In this document: positions 51,541 to 60,358 of the stretch, piece after piece
How positions within the stretch are numbered: the first letter of the stretch is position 1
How the letters are laid out: each line of letters begins with the position of its first letter
Origin: a virus
IMG/VR virus record: IMGVR_UViG_3300017589_000047
Span: 1 to 64,000 of that record
DNA length: 64,000 nt
Reading direction: 5' to 3' (one strand)
Position numbers and translations under genes: made by a program
Notes under the pieces: generated by a model
Told to the model about the DNA's origin: nothing
The model's input: the letters and a program-made list of their open reading frames with translations, nothing else
The model's database searches: none

Positions 51541-51779
51541 TTAATCACCCCCAAAATTTCATTTATTACGCATACAGGCAATATTACATCGCATTTAGCT
51601 ATTACCGTTTTTGATAGTTCTTCAACTGTAAAAACGCCATTGTTACAAAGTGCTTTTATGCTTTGGTTTACCGCTAATATTGTTAAACAATTATTTTCGT
51701 AAGCTTTTTCTTTAAAATCAATATTTTCTTTTAAAAATGGTTCGAGTTTTATCCTTATATCTTCCGTAAACTTGTACAT
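51537..51779 (-). CDS. Hypothetical protein
   Basis: 80-aa ORF with GGAGGG RBS. Confidence 0.45.
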   Translation of the reverse strand: MYKFTEDIRIKLEPFLKENIDFKEKAYENNCLTILAVNQSIKALCNNGVFTVEELSKTVIAKCDVILPVCVINEILGVIK

Positions 51780-51789
51780 ATTCCCTCCT

Positions 51790-52782
51790 TTAACTAAACA
51801 TTGTAATTTGACTATTATAACTATCTTTAATCTTAGCCCATGGCTCGTACTTATCGAAATCTGGAACAGCTTTATAAATCATTGAATCAACCCATCTAGC
51901 AAATTTATTAAGTCTTTCATCGTCCTTCTTTTCGTTATACTTCATAACATATGGTCTGATACCTAATTCATTTAGTTTGTGGAATCTGTACATATCCTCT
52001 TCGAATGTTGTATTAAATCCAACAAGCATAAAGCACATATGATTATAAGTTTTGATATGTTTAGATAATGTTTTAATCCCGTCTAAAACTTGATTTTCAA
52101 ACTCCATCAAGTCCCAGGCGTAATGTATTGACCTTAAATGTTTTACTTCTTTCATCGCTTGTGCAATATCATCTGTCATTAAACGAACATCACAACCTTG
52201 GTTGATATCAACTATAAGTTTTCTGTCCCTGATTTCGTGTAGCTTGTCTATAACAAAAGGATCTGCGGTTAAATTATTGTCGTGCAATATCAGTACATTG
52301 CTTCTTGGATTGATTAAATCTTTTATTTCTGCTATGTCTCTGAACGGTCCTTCTTTTTCAGGTACGAAACAAAATTTACAATTTCTTATACATCCCCTAG
52401 AAGTAAATCCCATGCCGGCATTTACGATTTCTTCTGCTTTTTCCAACTTATGAGCTTTTGTCATTATGCCTTTCATTCTTGGCGCTATGTCTGTAACTTT
52501 ATATAAATCATAGTCAGGCTTCATACTTTCAATTTCTACCGGCAATTCTTTTTTTATATTCCATCCTGTACCGCCAATTTCTATTTTGTCGCCGTAATAA
52601 TCTTGAAGTTTTTGACATTCGTCTTTTGACCTTGTAAATACTGCACTGGCAAATATCTTGTCATATTCAGTTCCGAGTTGTACAAATTCAACTTCACAGC
52701 CATTTGATTTGTAATAACTACTTATTTTCATCAAAGCTAAATTTGGTATTCTGCTGTCAACGTCTATCAATCCTATTTTCAA
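51790..52782 (-). CDS. Radical SAM protein (COG1032-like, Rossmann/B12-like N-terminus)
   Basis: TSRGCIRNCKFCFV (CX3CX2C). The TTG start abuts the stop of the C5-methyltransferase gene (TAATTG). Confidence 0.7.
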   Translation of the reverse strand: MKIGLIDVDSRIPNLALMKISSYYKSNGCEVEFVQLGTEYDKIFASAVFTRSKDECQKLQDYYGDKIEIGGTGWNIKKELPVEIESMKPDYDLYKVTDIAPRMKGIMTKAHKLEKAEEIVNAGMGFTSRGCIRNCKFCFVPEKEGPFRDIAEIKDLINPRSNVLILHDNNLTADPFVIDKLHEIRDRKLIVDINQGCDVRLMTDDIAQAMKEVKHLRSIHYAWDLMEFENQVLDGIKTLSKHIKTYNHMCFMLVGFNTTFEEDMYRFHKLNELGIRPYVMKYNEKKDDERLNKFARWVDSMIYKAVPDFDKYEPWAKIKDSYNSQITMFS

Positions 52783-53778
52783 TTAATTGTCCTCCTGTAA
52801 ATCCATTATGTTAATTTGTCTTTTGTCTTGCTTTTGAGTTTCTCCTAAAATTATCTTACGGAATATACTTTCAAATATTGGTACAGGTATAGAATTTCCT
52901 GATTGTTTATATAAAGCTCCATTTAATTTACCTTTTGTACCTGGATGAACCGATAATGCATTTTCATAATCAATATCAGAATAGCCTTGTAATCTCCAAC
53001 ATTCTAATTCTGTTAAGTATCTGTATTTTCCATTATCCAAATCCACTACTCCGCTGTTAGGACTTCTCATTTGCTTACATGTTATGGTCGTACAATAATC
53101 CTTTATGACCTCAACTCTGCCATTGAAAGACGATTTGCTTGTTCCGTTAATAAGTTTTAGCATGCTAGGTTGTGTTACAATATGCTGTTCCCCATAATCA
53201 TTTGTTAAAAACTCTGATATATTTCTCATTGGAGTTCTAATTAATTCGTCAAAATTAAAATGCGTACCATCTAAACGACTAATTGTAAAAACTCTTTGTC
53301 TTGCTTGTGGTAATCCGAAATCTCTAGCATCTAATACATCAAACGAATTTGTATATCCTAACCGCTCCATTTCCCTTAAATAGCCGTTAAAGTTATGTAT
53401 CATATGTTTACTCAATACATTCTTTACATTCTCCCAAATAACAATCCTTGGCTTCCATGCACCCATTTGATTTATAATATTTAAGGTTTCCCACATAAGA
53501 CTTGACCTTGTTTCACTTCCCTTGTCAGCACCCTTTTGTTTACCTGCTATACTAAAATCTTGACAAGGACTTCCATGTATCAATATGTCAGGCTTTAAAT
53601 TCCAATCAACTACAGATTGAGGTTTATAAGAAAGTTCCTTTTTAAACATTGCATTATAGGAACATACTGCCTTTTCGTCTATTTCAACATAGTCTATTGA
53701 TTTTACAGGAACACCAATATTTCTAAGTGCAATTCTAGGACTTCCTATGCCTCCAAACAATTCAAGTATTTGTAACAT
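52783..53778 (-). CDS. DNA (cytosine-5)-methyltransferase
   Basis: Motifs LFGGIG (I), GSPCQDFS (IV), WENV (VI), QARQRVF (VIII) and GNSIPV (X). Confidence 0.9.
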   Translation of the reverse strand: MLQILELFGGIGSPRIALRNIGVPVKSIDYVEIDEKAVCSYNAMFKKELSYKPQSVVDWNLKPDILIHGSPCQDFSIAGKQKGADKGSETRSSLMWETLNIINQMGAWKPRIVIWENVKNVLSKHMIHNFNGYLREMERLGYTNSFDVLDARDFGLPQARQRVFTISRLDGTHFNFDELIRTPMRNISEFLTNDYGEQHIVTQPSMLKLINGTSKSSFNGRVEVIKDYCTTITCKQMRSPNSGVVDLDNGKYRYLTELECWRLQGYSDIDYENALSVHPGTKGKLNGALYKQSGNSIPVPIFESIFRKIILGETQKQDKRQINIMDLQEDN

Positions 53779-53790
53779 CTTTACTCCTTT

Positions 53791-53814
53791 GAGAAGTCAC
53801 TGAAGCGACTTCTC
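53791..53814 (-). promoter_or_regulatory. 10-bp-stem intercistronic hairpin (UUCA loop) immediately 5' of the Dcm RBS
   Basis: Minus strand: GAGAAGUCGC-UUCA-GUGACUUCUC, then AAAGGAG. Paralogous copy at 54835-54858. Confidence 0.7.
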
Positions 53815-54817
53815 ATTTAATTTTTAACTGCTCACAAGTACCTTTAAATTCACCAATAACTTTATTTTCGTACTGACGATATGGTACGCATATATAGTCT
53901 AATACCTCACCAACTCCTAAATCTTCTATGCAATATTTATATAATTGCGGATGGCTTTCTGCCATTTTTTGAAATCTGTTTGGTAAATCTTCTAAATGAC
54001 ATCCAAATCCACAAAACATGCATCCAGTCCTTTGCACTCCAGTTGTTCTGTAAATGCCATTTTCGCAAATTATATTGCCGTATACGTTACATATTTTCAA
54101 GTCATTTTCTACAACATATCTAAGTACATCTTGCTTAGTCCAAAATCCCATAGGTTGACTTTTGGGAGCATTTGCTTCATAAACATTGCATCCTGTTTTA
54201 CTGTATTGTCTTTGCCTCATAAACCCTTCGTCTTGAGTAATACCTATAAATGGGTATCTTTCTGTTTCTTTATGGTATTTTTTAAAAGGTGATTTTTTCA
54301 TTACGTCACAACATTTTTCAGAAGTGTCAAACGGTGCATCAACTAAGAACTTCCACTTGTCAGCCAACTTACCTAGCTTTCCTCTTTCATCACCGTGCAA
54401 TAGATAATTTCTATACTTATCTGATAGATTTCCATGCCTTAATTTCCTTACCTTTGCAGCCGTTTCTTTTGATACAATTGGATATCCATATTCTTTTATA
54501 ACTTGTCGAAATGATTTGTCGGGTTTAATAATAGTTACATTATCAAATGTTTTTATATGTTCAACTAATTCGGGATATTCAAGCCCTGTATTAGCAAATA
54601 CCGCTACTACATTATCTCTTAAGGTTTGTCTTACTAAGTGCAATAAAACCGTGCTGTCCAAACCGCCGCTAAAACTTACGTATACATTGCCGTTATAATG
54701 GTTATACCAATCATTTATTCTTTGTTTCGAGAGTATAAGCTTCAACTCATAAGGCAACCATTTTCTTTGACTAAAAGCCCAATCTTTGAGTTTTAGATCT
54801 ATATCTTGAATATACAA
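53813..54817 (-). CDS. PAPS-reductase-family PP-loop protein with a C-terminal Cys cluster (DndC/IbrA-like class)
   Basis: VSFSGGLDSTVLLHL (SGGxDS PP-loop). C-terminus TGCMFCGFGCH. TTG start. Confidence 0.7.
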   Translation of the reverse strand: MYIQDIDLKLKDWAFSQRKWLPYELKLILSKQRINDWYNHYNGNVYVSFSGGLDSTVLLHLVRQTLRDNVVAVFANTGLEYPELVEHIKTFDNVTIIKPDKSFRQVIKEYGYPIVSKETAAKVRKLRHGNLSDKYRNYLLHGDERGKLGKLADKWKFLVDAPFDTSEKCCDVMKKSPFKKYHKETERYPFIGITQDEGFMRQRQYSKTGCNVYEANAPKSQPMGFWTKQDVLRYVVENDLKICNVYGNIICENGIYRTTGVQRTGCMFCGFGCHLEDLPNRFQKMAESHPQLYKYCIEDLGVGEVLDYICVPYRQYENKVIGEFKGTCEQLKIK

Positions 54818-54834
54818 ATTTATTCATCTCCTTT

Positions 54835-54858
54835 GAGAAGCCACCGAAGCGACTTCTC
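54835..54858 (-). promoter_or_regulatory. 10-bp-stem intercistronic hairpin (UUCG tetraloop) immediately 5' of the PP-loop gene RBS
   Basis: Minus strand: GAGAAGUCGC-UUCG-GUGGCUUCUC, then AAAGGAG. It differs from the other copy by changes that preserve pairing (A-U to G.U). Confidence 0.7.
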
Positions 54859-54869
54859 TCATCATTAAG

Positions 54870-55340
54870 TTAATCCATCATGTCAAAATGAATTACGTTA
54901 TAGCCTTTACTTCTCAATATTTCTGCAAACCTATCTCTGACCCTTGTCCTATCATTACCTTGATTACCACCGCTCACATTTAGTATATAGCCTGTGCCTA
55001 TCCAATTCGTTCTACCACTGCAATAAAGTCCTGCGTTTTTTATTGCTTCAAGAACTTTTTCTTCTCTCCATCCCTTAAGTGTTAAAAATGTTGCGTCCAA
55101 ATTACAAGTACCGCCATCATCGCCTGTTCCCTCGTCGCTCATTTCCATTTGTCTTACTCTGCAATTGTCGATTGCTTTTTCGGTTTCGATATCTTGAATC
55201 AAATTGCCTAGTTCAAAAGATACTTGACTTATTTTTGCTTTTGCTTCACGCACTATTTTATTTTCCATAGCTGGCATAATCAGCATTCCTACTGCTGTAT
55301 CAAGTTCACTTATTAATTTACCGATTTTATCGTTAATCAT
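54870..55340 (-). CDS. Hypothetical protein
   Basis: 156-aa ORF with GAGGAGG RBS, inside the modification island. Confidence 0.5.
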   Translation of the reverse strand: MINDKIGKLISELDTAVGMLIMPAMENKIVREAKAKISQVSFELGNLIQDIETEKAIDNCRVRQMEMSDEGTGDDGGTCNLDATFLTLKGWREEKVLEAIKNAGLYCSGRTNWIGTGYILNVSGGNQGNDRTRVRDRFAEILRSKGYNVIHFDMMD

Positions 55341-55342
55341 TG

Positions 55343-56026
55343 TTACCTCCTCAACCCTTCTGGAAATTCTCTTAACATATTTTCTTCGCCCACGATTGAT
55401 ATTAAACTATCTTTCATGAATACAGGACTGTCATTTTCCTTGCATTTTTTAACAATGTCGTCAATCCATTCTTTTTCAGGAATAATTTTATCCTTCCTAT
55501 TCCCTGTTTCAGCTCCAATTATTACCCATTGAGAATACACCAAGTCATCATTACTAAATTCAATTGGCTCCAATATTGGCTCAACACTATAAAAATCAAC
55601 ATCATATTTAAGATTATTTAATCTAATTTGAGTGTCGATAGTGTGACCGAAGTAGTAAAGTGGATTTAACACTAACATTGCATTTCTAATCTTTTCAGTT
55701 CGTAATGCTTTTTCCATATACCTATCAATTCGTTTAGTAAGAAACAAATATCTGTGCTGTGGATTGTTCCCAATAGCTTTAAACGTTTCTATTACAAATT
55801 CTTCTTTCCAATCAGCAATATCGCTCATGCTATCCATAAAAATAATTTTAGGAGCTTTGCTTTTTAGTTGTTCTAGCCTTTCAGGAAAGAATTGAGGTTT
55901 ACTAAAATCATGAATCCATTTAAAACGATCATTCATTCGTCTTGCATAACAATATTTGCAACCATAAGTACACCCAACAACAGGATTTAATGAACTATCA
56001 CACCATTCGATTTTTGTTTTATTCAT
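55343..56026 (-). CDS. Phage Gp37/Gp68 (DUF5131) family protein
   Basis: The N-terminus TKIEWCDSSLNPVVGCTYGCKYCYARR is the family signature, including CX3CX2C. Confidence 0.75.
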   Translation of the reverse strand: MNKTKIEWCDSSLNPVVGCTYGCKYCYARRMNDRFKWIHDFSKPQFFPERLEQLKSKAPKIIFMDSMSDIADWKEEFVIETFKAIGNNPQHRYLFLTKRIDRYMEKALRTEKIRNAMLVLNPLYYFGHTIDTQIRLNNLKYDVDFYSVEPILEPIEFSNDDLVYSQWVIIGAETGNRKDKIIPEKEWIDDIVKKCKENDSPVFMKDSLISIVGEENMLREFPEGLRR

Positions 56027-56183
56027 CTTCTTTTACCTCCCATTCTATTTCCATTTCCAACGTTTCTTCACAATTAAAATCACATTTATTGTAGAAAAGA
56101 CAACTTCTTCTACACAAACTGTTGGAATTTTTAATTAAAAGTATAAGTTTTTTCTTTTCTTCTTTACTGCATGTTATTTTCAT
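56019..56183 (-). CDS. 54-aa Cys-rich small protein (not in ORF track)
   Basis: GAGGTGGAAA-ATG reads MKITCSKEEKKKLILLIKNSNSLCRRSCLFYNKCDFNCEETLEMEIEWEVKEDE. It overlaps both neighbours. Confidence 0.35.
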   Translation of the reverse strand: MKITCSKEEKKKLILLIKNSNSLCRRSCLFYNKCDFNCEETLEMEIEWEVKEDE

Positions 56184-56712
56184 TTTCCACCTCACCTTTC
56201 AACCTTTCCAACTCTTTCTCTGCTTCTTTTCGTGTTAGAAATATTGTTTTACCAAATTGCCCAAGAGTAACAAAGTCTTCTCCATCTTCACCTTTCAATA
56301 CCGCATAATCGTTATATCGATTTTTCCCAAAACGTATAAGAAGCAACTCTTCTATTCCTTTTATATACTTATCCTCTTTGTCATCATATTTAGTGTAAAT
56401 TTCGTACACTTTTGTATGTGGCTTACAAGGCATTTTAATTAATAACCCTTGTTCTTCTAGCCTTCTATATCTCATTAATTCTAGCAAATCTTCTACGGTT
56501 CCTTCTGTTCCCTCTTCGCCTTCAACGCAATCCTTTAAGTCTTGTACATCTTCTGCCTCTATTCCCGTATCTTCATATTTTTTTAAATATTCTAAAGAAT
56601 CTAACAAATTACAATATTCAGTTCCGTTAAATATATATTGATATTTGTTTAGTATTTCTATAGATTTATTAGCTTTTGTTAATATATCCATCTTAAACCT
56701 CCCAATATTCAC
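56164..56712 (-). CDS. Hypothetical protein
   Basis: 182-aa ORF. Confidence 0.5.
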   Translation of the reverse strand: MNIGRFKMDILTKANKSIEILNKYQYIFNGTEYCNLLDSLEYLKKYEDTGIEAEDVQDLKDCVEGEEGTEGTVEDLLELMRYRRLEEQGLLIKMPCKPHTKVYEIYTKYDDKEDKYIKGIEELLLIRFGKNRYNDYAVLKGEDGEDFVTLGQFGKTIFLTRKEAEKELERLKGEVENENNMQ

Positions 56713-56840
56713 ATATATTATTTTTATCTACAAACTCCGTACATAATTCTGATTTATCACAAACACATACAGCATCTTTTAATTCATCTATGTAGCCGTA
56801 TTTACAAGTAGTACAATTTCTTTTATTCATACAATTTCTT

Positions 56841-57065
56841 TTATTCAATTTCTACCTCCAATAATTTCTCTAAGTCTTCTTGTGCAAATATTACATTGTC
56901 TCTACACTCTCTGCATATAGGTAATAATTCTTCCGTACTTTCATCAACATATCCGTAGCAATAATAATGCGGTGTGCCATCTTCGTCATGCCATTCGACG
57001 CTTGCTTTTCCACGCAATTTTACTTGCCCTGTTTTCTTCGCCCTACAAGTAGTCTTTGCCATCAT
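56841..57065 (-). CDS. Small zinc-binding protein
   Basis: 74 aa with C...CYGY...CRECRD. Confidence 0.45.
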   Translation of the reverse strand: MMAKTTCRAKKTGQVKLRGKASVEWHDEDGTPHYYCYGYVDESTEELLPICRECRDNVIFAQEDLEKLLEVEIE

Positions 57066-57712
57066 TCAACCTCTATAACCCAAACGAACGGATTAGCATC
57101 CCAGCCGTATTTATCTAAGTCCTCTTTTTTAATTGTGGAATTCCATAAATCTTCAAATTCATACTCAATTTCAATTTCACTTTTTTCAGTGCGACCATCT
57201 GATTTGTATAGCTCAATACCTTCATTCAAGAAGTCAATTGTAAGCATATTACATATCCTCTCAACCCTAACGTTCGTAACCTTTAAAAATATTCTTGCTG
57301 CTGACTTTGGCATATGGATTGATGGTCGCCATTTATAAAGTGAATATTCTTCCGTACCCCAACTTGGAATATTAGGTGCATCAGCTTTGTAAAGCGTTAA
57401 TCCACTTTCGATTATATTTTCATTTGCATCTAACAAATAACCTTTCCACCATGTTTCCCTAACATAGAGAATATCTCCAACTTTGTAAGGTGAGTAATTC
57501 TCAATAAAATGTTTTATATGTCCGTAAAAATGTTTATGACTAATTCCTTTGGACTTTTTAATATTTGCACTGATAATATCATTGCTAAATTTAATGTCTT
57601 CGGCTTTCACAACTCTTCTTGTAACGGTCTTTCTATTATCCAGTATTGCCTGCACCATTTTTACGTTAAACAATATTGGTTTTGCTACTTTTAACAGTTC
57701 TTCTCTATTCAA
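57062..57712 (-). CDS. ASCH/PUA-like domain protein
   Basis: PILFNVKMVQAILDNRKTVTRRVVK is the typical N-terminal ASCH-type motif of phage proteins. Confidence 0.55.
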   Translation of the reverse strand: MNREELLKVAKPILFNVKMVQAILDNRKTVTRRVVKAEDIKFSNDIISANIKKSKGISHKHFYGHIKHFIENYSPYKVGDILYVRETWWKGYLLDANENIIESGLTLYKADAPNIPSWGTEEYSLYKWRPSIHMPKSAARIFLKVTNVRVERICNMLTIDFLNEGIELYKSDGRTEKSEIEIEYEFEDLWNSTIKKEDLDKYGWDANPFVWVIEVE

Positions 57713-58104
57713 TTTTTTTCGTCCTCCTTATATGGTTCTGGCAACTCTCGCCATGCTAACGGGCAACTTAGTAAATATCCTTCTCCGTCTCTCCAATGAT
57801 TACTACTATTTCTATTGCAGAATCCAAGTCCTACACTTCCTGTACTTCTTGTAATTAGCACAATCTTTTTATTTTCTGGTAATTTTCCACTATTTACAGG
57901 AACCCAACCACCATTTAATTGTTTTTCAAGTGCTTTAATAGCTAAGTTAAAGGAAATTATATTTTGTTTGTAAAATCTTACATTTTCTTCACTTTCGTCA
58001 CTTTTTATTTTTCTTTCAGCGCCTTCTGCATAAGCTTTTAAGTCTCTTATAGCTGTTTCAATCTCATTCAATCTTCTACCTCCCAATCTAATTTTTGACC
58101 GCAA
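57709..58104 (-). CDS. DUF551-like protein
   Basis: The C-terminus GGWVPVNSGKLPENKK...WRDGEGYLLSCPLAWRELPEPYKE fits DUF551. Confidence 0.5.
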   Translation of the reverse strand: MRSKIRLGGRRLNEIETAIRDLKAYAEGAERKIKSDESEENVRFYKQNIISFNLAIKALEKQLNGGWVPVNSGKLPENKKIVLITRSTGSVGLGFCNRNSSNHWRDGEGYLLSCPLAWRELPEPYKEDEKN

Positions 58105-58334
58105 TCACAAACTTTTAAATTATCCCAATGTTTATAATAGCCATCTCCTTCTAATTCGGACAACTCTTTACCACAACAAGGACAAAGAGCAGGAGACCAA
58201 GATTTAATAATTGGTTTCTTCACCACTTGTTTTTCAAGTGCATCAATTGCTAAATCTATATATCCTATTGTTAAATTTCTGGTGACACGTTTTAATATTT
58301 TAAAATCTTCTATTGCCTTTTTAATTTCATTCAT
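58068..58334 (-). CDS. Small zinc-ribbon protein
   Basis: CPCCGKEL...CDCGQKL. Confidence 0.45.
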   Translation of the reverse strand: MNEIKKAIEDFKILKRVTRNLTIGYIDLAIDALEKQVVKKPIIKSWSPALCPCCGKELSELEGDGYYKHWDNLKVCDCGQKLDWEVED

Positions 58335-58475
58335 TCGATACCTCCCACTATCGTTTTTTATTAATCATTTTAAGTAACTTTTTCTTACGCCTGTTATCCT
58401 GCTTCTTTGTTAATGGTCTTATATGATTTTCGTGTATGTCATGTGATTTATATCCATTTCTTCTGTTATTTTCAT

Positions 58476-58922
58476 TCAATTTTCTACCTCCAACAACTCT
58501 GGATTTTCGTATATTGTGCCTATAACTTCAATATCTCTTTCGTCAATTTCACATAGACACATGTAATGATTATCTAGATAAAGTCTAAATCCACAATTGT
58601 AATGTTTAACAAGATATCTAGTATATTGATGCATGTATACAGTTTTTACTATACAAATATCGCCCTCATAAATCTCTTTGCCGTTCTTATCTTTTAAGCC
58701 TGTATATTGTCCTACTGTTTCAGGAATAACGCAAAACCAATTATCAAATCCAAAACTTTCTTTATTTTCACCGTTCGATGCGTAATCGGTAGTAAATCCA
58801 TCAGCATCTTTTTGCGGAATAATTAATGTTTCGTATTTTTTATATGCATCGCTACTATAAATTAGATTTCCATACACAAATTCTTTGTTACCAACCCTCT
58901 GACCTCTAAATTTAATTTTCAT
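58476..58922 (-). CDS. YopX-family protein
   Basis: MKIKFRGQRV...VGQYTGLKDKNGKEIYEGDI...GTIYENPELLE. Confidence 0.75.
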   Translation of the reverse strand: MKIKFRGQRVGNKEFVYGNLIYSSDAYKKYETLIIPQKDADGFTTDYASNGENKESFGFDNWFCVIPETVGQYTGLKDKNGKEIYEGDICIVKTVYMHQYTRYLVKHYNCGFRLYLDNHYMCLCEIDERDIEVIGTIYENPELLEVEN

Positions 58923-58970
58923 CTCTATCCCCTTTTCATTTGTTTGTAATTTTCATTCCATGCTCTAAAT

Positions 58971-59303
58971 TTATATTCCATCATTGTCCTCCAGAAAATT
59001 GCTTACAATCTTTTCACACCTAAAAATATCTACTTCACAATCATCGTCTTTATCACAATCATAACAATAAATCTCTCTTAACCAATCATAGATACCATCT
59101 ACGGTAAATTCATTATCAGCATCTTGCTCACAATAACCATCCATCATTTTGTTACAAGTCATATGTAAACATCTATCAAAGAAATCACCTTCATATTTTC
59201 CAGATTGCCTATGGTATTTTTCTCCTACTGCTATGATTTGATTGCATATTATACATTTATGTTCTTTTCTCGCTTTGTGAATTCCATCACTATAAAATTC
59301 CAT
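58971..59303 (-). CDS. Cys/His-rich hypothetical protein
   Basis: 110 aa with HKCIICNQ...CLHMTC...CYDCDKDDDC. Confidence 0.45.
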   Translation of the reverse strand: MEFYSDGIHKARKEHKCIICNQIIAVGEKYHRQSGKYEGDFFDRCLHMTCNKMMDGYCEQDADNEFTVDGIYDWLREIYCYDCDKDDDCEVDIFRCEKIVSNFLEDNDGI

Positions 59304-59305
59304 CT

Positions 59306-59473
59306 CTATCCTCTTTTCATTTGAAATCTTAAATTTCCATCCCAGTCCCGATTTTGCATGAACTCACGCTCTTTTTTATTTGCATTTTCACGTTCTATTT
59401 TAAATTTCTTATAATCTTCACAAGTATCATGGCAGGCCGTGTGTCTTTCAGGACAATTAATACAATTTTTCAT
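59306..59473 (-). CDS. 55-aa Cys/His-rich small protein (not in ORF track)
   Basis: GGAGGCTCAT-ATG reads MKNCINCPERHTACHDTCEDYKKFKIERENANKKEREFMQNRDWDGNLRFQMKRG. Confidence 0.45.
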   Translation of the reverse strand: MKNCINCPERHTACHDTCEDYKKFKIERENANKKEREFMQNRDWDGNLRFQMKRG

Positions 59474-59482
59474 ATGAGCCTC

Positions 59483-60358
59483 CTAAAACAAGCTTATTTG
59501 ATTTTCTTCTTCAATTACTGATTGGCAATTCTTAACTGCTTGATTGTAATAACTTTCTTTTAACTCGATTCCTACAGCTCTACGTTTCATTTCTAATGCT
59601 TTATATGCTTCGCTTCCTATACCTAGAAACGGTGTAAAAACTATATCTCCTGGATTAGTCCAAAGTTCTATACCTCTTTCTATTACAGGTAGTTGTAAAG
59701 GACAAATATGTCTTTCATCTTTTTCTTCTCTTGCACTTCTAGCTTGCAATGTATCGCTTGGATTAATGTCCATCCATACAGGAGAAGCATATTGTTGCCA
59801 TACATTAACAGGAAAGCTTTCATTTGTGTGTGTTACTCTTTCAGGATTATCGCCAGGTTTTCTCATTGTTACTAAATAGTCTGGTATTCCTTGCCTACTC
59901 ATGCAGCTATCCTTTTTAATCTGCTTATGAAGCAATCCTAATGCTTTTGTTCTCTGCATAGCTATTACTGGATTCTTCCAAATAACTACTTCCGAATGAT
60001 ATATAAATCCTGCATCTTGAAATATTTTGATTAACATCCCTCTAAAATCTGTTATACCTATATATCCATCACGTTCTTTTAATGTAGGTAAGTTCATGCA
60101 ATGAAATGAAACTAATCTGCCATTCATCATGATCCTGTACAACTCTTTAACTATGAATATAAAATGTTCATAAAATTCACTGTAAGTCCTGCAATTTCCT
60201 AAATCTCTATCACTGTTAGAATAAGTATAAAGGCTTGCAAATGGTGGACTGAAAATGCTGTAATGTATGCTATTGTTAGGTATTTCTTTCATAATTTCGC
60301 ATGAATCACCATTATAAAGTGACATTCTATCTGTTATATACTGATTGTTTACTTTCAT
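59483..60358 (-). CDS. N6-adenine/N4-cytosine DNA methyltransferase (beta class)
   Basis: SPPF (motif IV) precedes PFLGIGSE (motif I). ATG 60358 overlaps the helicase stop (TAATG) and follows GGAGG. Confidence 0.8.
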   Translation of the reverse strand: MKVNNQYITDRMSLYNGDSCEIMKEIPNNSIHYSIFSPPFASLYTYSNSDRDLGNCRTYSEFYEHFIFIVKELYRIMMNGRLVSFHCMNLPTLKERDGYIGITDFRGMLIKIFQDAGFIYHSEVVIWKNPVIAMQRTKALGLLHKQIKKDSCMSRQGIPDYLVTMRKPGDNPERVTHTNESFPVNVWQQYASPVWMDINPSDTLQARSAREEKDERHICPLQLPVIERGIELWTNPGDIVFTPFLGIGSEAYKALEMKRRAVGIELKESYYNQAVKNCQSVIEEENQISLF

